Source: Sporopachydermia quercuum (taxonomy: Eukaryota). Taken from it: 64,000 nucleotides of DNA. Positions within the stretch are counted from its first letter, which is position 1, and the number at the start of each line of letters is the position of its first letter. Both the position numbers and the translations under genes were made by a program. Location of the stretch: contig BCGN01000007.1 of assembly GCA_001599295.1 (NCBI GenBank), positions 570,433 to 634,432 on the forward strand, read 5' to 3'. Below, in pieces: positions 10,659 through 20,993 of this stretch. The notes beneath the pieces are model-generated. The model ran no database searches and was not told the origin of the DNA. It saw only the letters and a list, made by a program, of their open reading frames with translations.

Positions 10659-13376
10659 ATGGGTGGATCCCAGTTNAAACAACTCAAGGAGACTCTGAAA
10701 GCTCAAGGGCTATCTGGGTCTCAACCAAAGAAAGCAAAAAGCTCCAAAGCCAGTAAATCGTTGAAACAACAAGCGATGAAAGCTCGTGATAAATCAAAGA
10801 TCATAAGTGAAATTAGAGACCAATTCAACCCTTTTGAGATCAAGTTCAATCGTAATAAACATACTTCTATCTTTGGTCGGATAAATACTGCTGGTGCAGT
10901 CGGTAAACCAGGCATCTCTAAACAAATTGGTGAAGAACAAAGAAAAAAAGCTTATGAAGTAGAGAAAAGCAGAAAGAACAAAGTTGGTGGTGTTATGGAT
11001 AGAAGATTCGGTGAGTATGACGCTAATATGACTGAGGAAGAGAAAATGCTCGAAAGATATACTAAGGAAAAGTTGTCTCGCCATGAAAAGAGATCAATGT
11101 ATAATCTTGATGACGATGATGATATGGATGTTCCTATTGATGGAAATGATGACTTCACTTTGACTCATGCTGGTAAATCTTTAATGTTTAAAGATGATTT
11201 TGATGAAGGAGATTTGGGTGTTGATGCTCACTCGGATGATGATGAATCTGGAATATCACGTAAGAGATTAAGGGATGATATTGAAGGAGGCTATTTGGGT
11301 GAATATACAGAACACCAAGAAGGAATTATTAACGGAAACCCCAACAAGAAGAAGACTAAAGCTGAAGTTATGAAAGAGGTAATGATGAAATCTAAATATT
11401 ATAAAGCTCAGAGGCAAGAAACAAAAGAGAAAGATTTAGACGAAATGGCTGAATTAGATGATGAATTTGAAGACGTGCTTGATTTACTTAAATCTGTGCC
11501 TAATGCTAAATCAGATAAACCTGTTTCTAGTATTGAGACAAGTAACCCAGAAAGTGACATGAAATATAATTCTTTGTTAAAAGAGCTTCAATTTGAAGGT
11601 AGAGTGAAGCCAAGTGATCGAACAAAGACTGATGAAGAACTGGCAAAAGAAAGAGCTGAAAAGCTACAGAAATTAGAGCAAGATAGAATTAATCGTATGA
11701 ATGGTATTGAGGACGATTATGTTGAAGGTGACTTAGAGGATATTAATAGAGATGACGAATATTGGATAAAAGATTCTGATGAGGACGAAGATCAAGGTGA
11801 TAGTAATGAGCCTGAGCTGAGACTTGGTGAACCGTCAAGAAAACATACTCAACAGAAAAATTTAGAAGAAGATGTGTCTGAGAGTGAAAATGAAAACGAA
11901 CAAGATAGTGAAAATCTAGAAAGCGAAATATTCGAGGGTAAATTTCTTCCTTCAGTTCGTTTAAGCGAATCCAAAACGAAGCGAGAGACTACTGAAGTTG
12001 ATATTCCTTATTTATTTCGATGCCCCAAAACTTACAGTGAATATAATGATTTAATCTATCAGTATAGCTTAAAAGATGAGCCAGTGATAATTGAAAGAAT
12101 TCTTGATTGTAATAGTGCTAGTTTGAAAGCAGGTAATAAACAGAAGATTGCAAGGTTTGCTTCAGTTTTATTGCAACGGGTTTTATATTTATGCGATTCG
12201 ACTGATCCTGATAGGGTTGGTGTTATCAACAGTCATATCAAAAGGTTAAGAAAATTGATAGAAAAAGATATCAACAACAAAGCTCTTTCATTGTCGTTTA
12301 GAAAAATAACTGATGAACTAAGAACAAGAATTATAAGTGTTATTTCTAAGAATTCAGTATCGACTTATCCTAAAAAATCAGATATGATGATTTATTTATT
12401 GGTATCTCAGTTTTACTCTACTTCTGATCAATTTCATCTGATATCTGTTCCGATGCTCTTGATAATGGGATTACATTTAGAACAGATTCCTGTGGTTAAT
12501 ATGCCATCTTTAGTGTCTGGTATATTCATTCTTGATGTTCTATTGAAATATCAAAGAATATCCAAAAGATATATTCCTGAGGTACTTGATTTCATCAGAA
12601 GGACCGTTAGAGCATTTTTCCCTCGTATTACCAGGGAAGGTAGTAGTAGGGGTGACAGTAGTCATACTGATCTTCATACTTTAGGAGAAGAAAAACAGAA
12701 GAAGCTTAGAATAGATGTCAATAAACAGGGCAATGTAGTTTCTACTGATGCTCCGAATGAACTGTCGCTGGATGATTTATTTGCAGAACCATCAAATGAA
12801 TTACTATTGAAATACTGGTTGAAACTCCAATTGTTGATTAAACGATATGTACAAGAAATATGGGTCGAAAAAATTGCATCTGTTGAGATAATGACTCCTA
12901 TTTTGAATGATTTGACGGATGTTTCGAGCCTGTATCGCAACGTCAGTAACAGCAACGGTAGCAGAATAGATACTGCTGCACCCTATGATCTTATAACTCT
13001 TCTATCTAACACCATAAAACAAACAAAGAAAACTAGAAAACCATTGACGCTGCAAGAGCATAAACCAATGGCTATTTCTACGTATGAGCCTAGGTTTGAA
13101 GAGAATTATAATGTTGATAAGAAATCTTATGATCCAAACCCTGAAAGACAAGAAATTAATAAATTGAAGGCTCAGTTGAAGAAAGAAAACAAAGCTGTTC
13201 TTAAGGATATTAGAAGAGATGCTAAATTTGTATCAAGAGAAGTTATTCAAGAAAAACGATCAAAGGATGAAGCTTATCATTCTAAGCTTGCTAGAATTCT
13301 TAATACTGTTGCAACTGAAGAAGGAGCTGCAAAGAATAGGTATGAAAGAGAGAAGAAGGCACGAAGGGGAAAATAG
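10659..13376 (+). CDS. NOP14: SSU processome protein Nop14
   Basis: NPFEIK, GGVMDRRFGE, MLERYTKE, LTHAGKSL, KTKAEVMKEV, PRFEENYN..KKSYDP. Confidence 0.96.
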   Translation: MGGSQXKQLKETLKAQGLSGSQPKKAKSSKASKSLKQQAMKARDKSKIISEIRDQFNPFEIKFNRNKHTSIFGRINTAGAVGKPGISKQIGEEQRKKAYEVEKSRKNKVGGVMDRRFGEYDANMTEEEKMLERYTKEKLSRHEKRSMYNLDDDDDMDVPIDGNDDFTLTHAGKSLMFKDDFDEGDLGVDAHSDDDESGISRKRLRDDIEGGYLGEYTEHQEGIINGNPNKKKTKAEVMKEVMMKSKYYKAQRQETKEKDLDEMAELDDEFEDVLDLLKSVPNAKSDKPVSSIETSNPESDMKYNSLLKELQFEGRVKPSDRTKTDEELAKERAEKLQKLEQDRINRMNGIEDDYVEGDLEDINRDDEYWIKDSDEDEDQGDSNEPELRLGEPSRKHTQQKNLEEDVSESENENEQDSENLESEIFEGKFLPSVRLSESKTKRETTEVDIPYLFRCPKTYSEYNDLIYQYSLKDEPVIIERILDCNSASLKAGNKQKIARFASVLLQRVLYLCDSTDPDRVGVINSHIKRLRKLIEKDINNKALSLSFRKITDELRTRIISVISKNSVSTYPKKSDMMIYLLVSQFYSTSDQFHLISVPMLLIMGLHLEQIPVVNMPSLVSGIFILDVLLKYQRISKRYIPEVLDFIRRTVRAFFPRITREGSSRGDSSHTDLHTLGEEKQKKLRIDVNKQGNVVSTDAPNELSLDDLFAEPSNELLLKYWLKLQLLIKRYVQEIWVEKIASVEIMTPILNDLTDVSSLYRNVSNSNGSRIDTAAPYDLITLLSNTIKQTKKTRKPLTLQEHKPMAISTYEPRFEENYNVDKKSYDPNPERQEINKLKAQLKKENKAVLKDIRRDAKFVSREVIQEKRSKDEAYHSKLARILNTVATEEGAAKNRYEREKKARRGK

Positions 13377-13828
13377 GTGTAGAGTAAAGAATAGCAAGAC
13401 CAGAAGTGGATACAGTAGTGAAATTAGTAGGTAGGCACAGGATTAATAGTAGAATTAATGTGAACATTGGTTTACGTTTTATAGTGGACTTTAAATACTC
13501 CTGTAGACGAAAAGAAACGAAAACAAACGAAAACAAAAGATGTTGTAGATGGTAGCAATACACTTCTGTTGCTAGACATAGATAAGAAACTGTAATGAAA
13601 ATACTGCAGGTGATCTTCAGTTGAGTAGATTCTATCTGTATCTATTGATGACTTCGTGCGCATATGAAGTCTTCACAGTTTCCTATTTATTATTGAGTCT
13701 GGTCATGATGTGCAGAAAAGAGTTGTCAACATACGTTACTGAGTTGGTCAATAATATACCCAACTTCATTTAATATAAAAANTTCACCCAATAGAGAAAT
13801 ACAATATTCCTTTAAGAAGGATGATAAC

Positions 13829-13902
13829 GGGCGTCTGGTGTAGTTGGTTATCACATCCGCTTAGCATGCGGGAGGTCCCCGGTTCGATTCCGGTGTCGTC
13901 CA
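13829..13902 (+). tRNA. tRNA-Ala, anticodon AGC, intronless
   Basis: Acceptor GGGCGTC/GTCGTCC with G3:U70; anticodon arm TCCGC-TT-AGC-AT-GCGGG; T loop GGTTCGATTCC; T-run terminator just downstream. Confidence 0.96.
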
Positions 13903-14375
13903 ATTTATTTTTATTCTTTTTGTGAATCGACAAATAATTTTTCCTGCTTCCTTTTTCAGACTAAAGAGACGAAATAAAGCACCTACCTTATAATGATAGT
14001 ATACACAATGATAATAATCAGGCTGACTTTCCAACCGTTTCAATTAAAGATCATATCGATCTCATGACAATCTAGAAGCGGTCACATAGCGATTGACAAA
14101 AAAGTGTAGAAATCCAGCCAGATCACATGACCATGACCAGAGCGTCCAAAGACCATATGAGCAAATAAGTATTGAGATTCATCATTCTCGACTTGAATTT
14201 GGAATCTTAATTGAGTTGAATGATGGCTATTTTTTTGAACTCTGTAACTAGGTGGGTCACTCTCAATAGCAAAAGTAGATAGTATATGTTATTTCAGACT
14301 GATATTTAATCACTTCTCTCACTCTAAAAGTCTGCCTCAGATTATTGCATTTAGTTTGGTTGCTTATATTTTTCG

Positions 14376-16003
14376 ATGGGTGATACTCAATCTAATGTAT
14401 CGCCAAAGCTGGCGAGAGAAATCCAACAATGGTGCCTTACAAACGGCCTCATAATGTTTCCTGAAGGTTTCAATGGCAATAGCTCAATTGCTGTTCACGC
14501 TCCTGTTACTACACATCCCACCCCTTTTCCTAAAGAATGTTTCAATAAAGCGTTGGAGGCCCAGACAGTTTTCAATAAACTATATGCTCGAATCAGTTGT
14601 AACTCTGATTGGATCGAAGAGGTGTCTCAAGAGTAAGTACTCCAATATTTTTTTGTTCCATTAGGATTATTTGATTTTCCTTATGATTAGAAATGTGATT
14701 GGGTTAGTTTAACTAACGAAAAGAAAGACTAGCCCAGCATGACCCCGAGTTTACAGGAAAGCTCTGGGACACATATATCAGGGCAAAATCGGAGGGATTA
14801 GTGCAAGACCTGAGCTTAGGACTTTTTCGATCAGACTACTTGATTCAAAGCAATGATGATGATGACAAATTAGCTATTAAACAAGTGGAGTTCAACACGA
14901 TATCGGTTTCATTTGGTGGTCTTTCCCCGAAAGTTGCTGATCTTCACAGGTAAGTGTTAATTTGCAACTGCAATGATACTACAAATATGATCCGAGTACA
15001 CAACTAACGCTTTGGCCATAGATATTTATCTGATACGAAACANTATGTTCACGAGAGCATTTCGACTGAAGACTTGCCTCAATCAACATCAGCAGCAGAT
15101 CTGGCCAAGGGCTTGGCTGGAGGTCATAAAGCGTACGTCGAAAGAGAATGTTTTGGAAATGGTGACTCAGTTGTAGTTATATTCATTATTCAAAAAAACG
15201 AGAGGAATACTTTTGATCAGAAGCACGTCGAATTAGCACTTCTGGAAAAGTATGGTATTAGATCTCATAGGGTCGTCTTCGAAGAGGTTTTGAATAGTGT
15301 TAGAAAAGATCCTGAAACAAAAAGATTGTATCTGAAAGATGGTGGTTGCGAGGTTTCTGTTGTTTATTTCCGGGCAGGGTATTCTCCTGACGATTATAAA
15401 CTAGGAAACAACTGGGCTGCAAGATTTGAATTGGAAACCTCATTAGCTATAAAATGTCCATCTATTTTGACGCAATTGAGTGGAACAAAAAAAATCCAGC
15501 AACTTCTTTGTGATTCTTCGATATTGGGGCGCTTTGTCACAGATCCTTCAGAGAAAAGCATTCTAGAGTCTACGTTTGTAAATATATACCCATTCGGGGG
15601 AGAAAACAACGAAGAAGTCGTCCGATTGGCAACTGAAGGTTGCAGTAAATTTGTTTTGAAACCTCAGCGCGAAGGTGGTGGAAACAATATTTATAAGGAA
15701 GATATCCCGAAGTTTATACAGACATTAAGCAGCACAGAAAGAGATGATATTCTTGGTGGTTATGTGTTGATGGAGTTGATCAATGCTCCATTGAACAAAA
15801 ATAGTATTATAAGATCCGGAAAAGTGTACCAAGATAACATTATCAGTGAGTTAGGTATTTTTGGAACAATCCTGTGGGACTCCCGTTCGAACGTTATTGA
15901 AAATGATGTTTCAGGATGGCTATTACGTTCTAAGTTTAGTTCTAGTAATGAAGGTGGAGTGGCAGCTGGATTCGGTTGTGTGGATAGTTTATGGCTTGTT
16001 TAA
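14376..16003 (+). CDS. GSH2: Glutathione synthetase, 3 exons (14376-14632, 14728-14949, 15022-16003)
   Basis: Spliced product contains LGLFRSDY, KQVEFNTIS, FVLKPQREGGGNN, SELGIFG, NEGGVAAGFG; both introns GTAAGT...ACTAAC...AG. Confidence 0.96.
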
Positions 16004-16187
16004 AGTTTTATATATATAGTGAGATTTGGACCTCATTTAACCGCATTGAGCAAAAGTTATTGATTCTCTACTGAATATGCACGATTTAGACTATCAGAAA
16101 GAAATTCTGATCTTGAACCTGTAAACATAGCAACTAAATGATGGAATTCATACAGTTCTTTAAATGAGACCTGTTTCAACTACCCTT

Positions 16188-17297
16188 TCAAACCTTTCTC
16201 TTTCTCATTAGACTCTCTGCCGCCGTTTTCGCAAGATTTCGTTCCATTGAACACGCCCATAAAGCAGCACCTGTCGTGTTTGAAAATAAGAAGATCGTTC
16301 CAATAACTGGACACATTTCTAGGGCTCCTGCAACGATACCGTAGCTTTTATGAAAATTCAAATATGTTAGGTTGGAAAACAAATTGTATAAAAATAACAG
16401 ATGCNCAGATTCTCAGAAAGAGAACTTTATTGTGTTAACTTTGACAGTTTTGCATACCAGATATATTCACTTTTTCTTGATCTATATATCGCCTTAATTT
16501 GCCTCTCGTCGAACCCTTTCAACTCAAAGTAACGCTCAAGAGCTTCGCGTCCTTTCCTCGGCGCTTCAATAAAAATCAAAAGCAATGGTCCCGCGATAGG
16601 AACAAAATTAAGAACTATCAAAAGGATGCACTTGAACACCCATACTGGCCACAAAAGTTTGCTTGGAGCATTTTGAAGCCATCTTCTTACTCGAGTAGTC
16701 AAAGGTACCTTCGTGACACGTCTAATTTTTCCTCTCACAACCAGGTCATCGTAACCTTCCATACTAAGAACCTAGTGAAAGAAAAGGTTTCTGTTAGATC
16801 AAGGTCAAAATGCATTGTTTTATTAAGGAGCTCACGAGGGTAGCAATACTGTATCAAAGAGATATCTCAATGGGGTTGGCAATAAAAACCAGGAAGAAAC
16901 TAAATGTGCTGCAACAAAACTCTCTTGAATCAGAGCAATAAAGGCTGTCACCAGTCCGGAAGGTCCATTGAATAAAAGCGCAATCAGTGCTTGTGGAGGA
17001 TAAAAAAATAAATACATCAACGAAAACATTATAAGGCTTATTATCAGATGAGGAATCAAAATTGTTACCATATAAGCCCAAAGTTTAGGATGCGTAGCAA
17101 AATACATCATTCCCTTGATTGTTAGTCTTTATTTGCATAGAATCAAATAATCATTACTTAACTTCAGGACAGGTAATAAGTACAACGAATGGAAAGACAA
17201 ATGTACCTGAACTTCCTAACATGGGAATCATCAAAGGTTTGAGACCTAACGTAAATAAACGTCTCATTATTATCATTTTTCTTGATAATGCAGGCAT
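16188..17297 (-). CDS. EI24-domain outer spore wall / lipid droplet protein of the Rrt8/Lds1/Lds2 family, 4 exons (introns 17114-17183, 16772-16849, 16345-16457); start uncertain (ATGs at 17267, 17276, 17297, 17318)
   Basis: Spliced reading FPFV|GMMYFATHP, LNFVPIAGP, RYFELKG, LEMCPVIG..FSNTTGAALWA; convergent with GSH2 like S. cerevisiae GSH2-RRT8. Confidence 0.82.
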
Positions 17298-18140
17298 AAA
17301 AGTGAATCCAGCTCCCATTACATCAGCAGTCAAATCCAAATCGTAACTTTGAAAAATACTTTTGTATAGAACTTTTTGAGTAGTTTTCAATCTCCTCCGT
17401 CTCAGCCAAATTATGTATGGGAAGAAAATTTGATCTTCTTCCTTCCTATTCTTTGGTATCTTTCTTCTCTGGTAACTAGTAGTTTTCAAAAGATGAAAGG
17501 TTGTTGGCAGAAAGGGTTCTTTCCTTTTGGATAAGCAAACAAAAATCTCATAATGTGAAGAATGAAGTTCAAATTATATCCATTCAACTTTGTACCTTGT
17601 ACAAGGTTATACATTAGGCGGTGTCACCAAATTGTCNGAAAATGTACTTGCTCTTGTTTTTGTTCTTTGGTACAAACTTAAGATGCTTATTTTATCCTAG
17701 ACTTCTGTCTGTTGTATGTTGATGACTGATAATTTATTCTCGCATTGTATTATAAGTNATGGCATACATATGATATATTTATGTAATATACCGATTGCCT
17801 AAGAATTTTCTATGGACAATGTTTATCAAGAGAACAAACAAATGCAAGCGAATATTTTCATTCAATAGATCATTTGGGCAACTGAAATACCAAGTTAAGT
17901 TAGCTCAAGTCTTTCATTTATGTGAATAAGATTTGTTGGGCCCTCGAAAAATGTGTATTTAATAACACACCATCATTCACTGTCTCCCTCAACCTACCAG
18001 AGGGAGGTAAACAATACATCTAAACCCTTTTATTTATGAAGTCTGCCTTTGTTCAAGTAATTCTGAGAATTGCTGATATGAGCAAGTACAATATATCTTT
18101 CGATCATCTTGTCTCTGGATCGAAGTATGAGACACATTAC

Positions 18141-19478
18141 TTAATGTTGGTATTTCTCCTGTAAAAGCTGGGTTTCCACTTCTTTCCAGTGTTCTTCCCA
18201 AAAAGAATCCTCGTAAGGCCTTTCATATATTGGCTGTGTAGGAGGAAACATCCAATAGTTAAATGCGAGATGTACACCTTCTTCCGGAAAGGAAGAAACT
18301 TCGTGAAACCATCCTACTGGTAGATAAAGCACATCATTTTCCTGTAAGTCAGCAACAAGCCCTTCAGCTTCCAGGAATGCAGGATAATATTTTCTGATTT
18401 CTTCTTCCTTCTCAGGTAAATTATCGACTTTCCAGTGAACTAACGAAGCTGGAATTCGACTAAATGAAGGAGGATCTAGTTTGAGTTTCTTACTAATATT
18501 TTCACACTGAGATTTCCTCTTTTTGTCATTCGTCAGCATTAAATTATCTTCCTCATCATCACCATCTTCTTCTCCTTTCTCCTCTAGTTCTTCTGCTTTG
18601 TCTTCTTCATCCACCGCTTTTTCTTTTCCCTTTTTTTCTTGTATTTTTTCTTCTTCTACTTCTTCCTCCTCGTCTTCATTTTCTTTCTTCTCATCTCCAC
18701 CAAAATCGTCATTGTCATCAAAATTGCCATCAAAATCTCCATTCTCAGACTTAGTAATAGTGCTCAGTGCTTTATCCAACATCTTTTCCCAGTACTCTGT
18801 ATCTTCGTTGTTTTGTTCTGCGGCTTCCAGCCCTTTCTCAGCCTTACTCAATAACCAATGTCCAATTTCACCCCAATCTGCACCATCATCTCGACAGTCC
18901 TCATATTTTATTAGTCCATTCCTACCAATCCCTTTCACCTCCCCATTCACATACAGTTTCTCGTATTCCCGAGGTGGGAAAAGTATGAACCTTTTTCTTC
19001 CCTTGAATACTATATATGCATTTTCCGCATGGTCATGGTGTAGACCTGACGATCCAGATCCGAATCCCATCCATATATTGACTTGTTGTGGAACAAGTGT
19101 AGGAAATATCTCCGGCCTTGTGGGAAAATCAATCGAATCTAATAATTGTGACAGAGGAGGCTGAGCGTATGAACTGATTATGCTACCTGATGATGATTCA
19201 TACTGAGTAGAGAGATAGGAATTTGAGTCCTTCTTGGCTAGAAATTCTGAGAGTGTTGTCTGGGATTTGTGACCATGGCCAAACGTACCCTTGTGTGAGT
19301 GTTCTATTTCTATTGGTATCGGTTTATTCAATATTTCAATATCAACTTTAAACTTAGGATTATACCCTCTTACTATAACAGGTTTTCTATTTTTAATATA
19401 TCTGTCGAAGAATTCTCCACTCTCCAATGGACTTATCACATCTACAGGGTTTAGTTTATCAGGTGTATGTTGTGCCAT
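18141..19478 (-). CDS. JmjC/cupin-8 2-oxoglutarate-Fe(II) oxygenase
   Basis: QQVNIWMG, SGLHHDHAEN (HxD), GRKRF, LYLPVGWFHEV; long acidic insert; first ATG at 19478. Confidence 0.88.
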   Translation of the reverse strand: MAQHTPDKLNPVDVISPLESGEFFDRYIKNRKPVIVRGYNPKFKVDIEILNKPIPIEIEHSHKGTFGHGHKSQTTLSEFLAKKDSNSYLSTQYESSSGSIISSYAQPPLSQLLDSIDFPTRPEIFPTLVPQQVNIWMGFGSGSSGLHHDHAENAYIVFKGRKRFILFPPREYEKLYVNGEVKGIGRNGLIKYEDCRDDGADWGEIGHWLLSKAEKGLEAAEQNNEDTEYWEKMLDKALSTITKSENGDFDGNFDDNDDFGGDEKKENEDEEEEVEEEKIQEKKGKEKAVDEEDKAEELEEKGEEDGDDEEDNLMLTNDKKRKSQCENISKKLKLDPPSFSRIPASLVHWKVDNLPEKEEEIRKYYPAFLEAEGLVADLQENDVLYLPVGWFHEVSSFPEEGVHLAFNYWMFPPTQPIYERPYEDSFWEEHWKEVETQLLQEKYQH

Positions 19479-19892
19479 TATATTTTCTTCCACATTTCAC
19501 TGTTTCTGCGATATTTATGACAATATCCTCTCTATGCTTTACGATTCCTTATCTTTTAAATGTCCCTTTTTCTTTCTATACAAATGAAGAAGAAAATTGT
19601 AAAAGTTGAGTTCATATTGGATAAGTATGAAGTTCAATTTCAGAACATGATGATTACGTGAACTTAAAAAATAAAACTATAGTTCACATAACTTTTATAT
19701 TATGAATGTATAAATAGTAAGAGAAATCTAGTATATAAATCATTACACATAAAACCACTAGTCATCTATAAATCGCAGAAAAATGAATGAGCCAATCAAC
19801 AGAAGCCAGCTTCTGTTAAGCTGTAGTGATTGAAGTTTAAAAATAAGAAAATCTAGTTATAATTGCGACATGGCAAATGCAAAATGTACATA

Positions 19893-20993
19893 TCAAGTTG
19901 AGATATGAAAGCAATTTTCATATGGCATAGGGTGAGAGGATAGTGAGAAGACAGGAGTTGATCTAACATTAGAGATCGACTCAGCCGAAGAATAAACCAG
20001 TGAAGGTATTTGCTCAAGAGGTGATAACACTGGGTTCCGCTGACTACGGAACATGGAATTATTCATAATAAAAGAACAACAACTAACGAAGCGGGGGATA
20101 TACTTGAATGCTTGGGGTGGATCATCGAGGCCTGCTTGAATGAATTCAAGGCAAGGATCGTATTCGATGTCATGCGTAAGGTCGCCAACCATGGCTAGCG
20201 AGAAGTTGAACACACTTAATGCCAAAGTAGATGCAGGATAAACCAATGAGACATGATGGTATGTAACAAGAAAGGAAAGATAAGCTTGGATGTCAAGTAA
20301 CAGATTTTTATCTGACACAATGTGAGAATTTGAATCGTTCAGACATGAAAGGAATTGATCAATAGTTGGCCCATTGACAGCAAAATCTAAAGATTTCAAG
20401 ATATGTAGCTCCATTTGATTAAAAAAGGATTTGGTATAGTGAGAATCACAAAGGCTCACGAGATTCCTTATAGTCAAAACACCACTTTTTATCAACTTAG
20501 AAGCAANCATCAAAGCGCTTAACCCCAATAATTGATAATGCTTTAACAGCACTACTCGGCAACAGCAATATCGATCTATGATGTTGATTGCTTGAAAGAT
20601 AATATCATCTCCAATTCCATAAGCATTCTGAATTTCTAAAAGGTAATTAATCAACATTTGCCTTGCTTGAAAGTCTATCTCCTCTTGTAAGGTCATCCGA
20701 GAAACATCGATTTTGTATGTTTTCTCCTTTTGTAGAAGAAACTGAAAATACTCTTCTCCTTCATTGTAATATATAATTGGACGAATGCGTGCTGTAGCCG
20801 ACGATACCTGCTCTGCGCCAGTCACTGAAAACTCGTCGTTGTGATCTTCAGGTCTTTCTTCAAAGAGTGGAAATACAGAGGAAAAGTGCTGCACACCAGT
20901 AGAAACTCGATGTGAATCATAACTCCTATCAACTCGATCCATTGTAGAACTGCACATAGTTGAACGGATAAGGTCGTTTTCCAGATGTCTCAT
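19893..20993 (-). CDS. Divergent Cln/Puc1-type (G1/S-like) cyclin
   Basis: Cyclin box IDRYCCCRVVLLKHYQLLGLSALMxASK, FNQMELHILKSL, PTIDQF. Confidence 0.85.
   Translation of the reverse strand: MRHLENDLIRSTMCSSTMDRVDRSYDSHRVSTGVQHFSSVFPLFEERPEDHNDEFSVTGAEQVSSATARIRPIIYYNEGEEYFQFLLQKEKTYKIDVSRMTLQEEIDFQARQMLINYLLEIQNAYGIGDDIIFQAINIIDRYCCCRVVLLKHYQLLGLSALMXASKLIKSGVLTIRNLVSLCDSHYTKSFFNQMELHILKSLDFAVNGPTIDQFLSCLNDSNSHIVSDKNLLLDIQAYLSFLVTYHHVSLVYPASTLALSVFNFSLAMVGDLTHDIEYDPCLEFIQAGLDDPPQAFKYIPRFVSCCSFIMNNSMFRSQRNPVLSPLEQIPSLVYSSAESISNVRSTPVFSLSSHPMPYENCFHIST

Noticed and set aside
13645..13742. TGATGA...CTGA C/D-like pair before the tRNA
   Set aside because: No rRNA-complementary guide recognised
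18523..19164. 213-aa Ser-rich + strand ORF and similar short antisense ORFs
   Set aside because: Shadow ORFs of Glu/Lys-rich genes on the opposite strand
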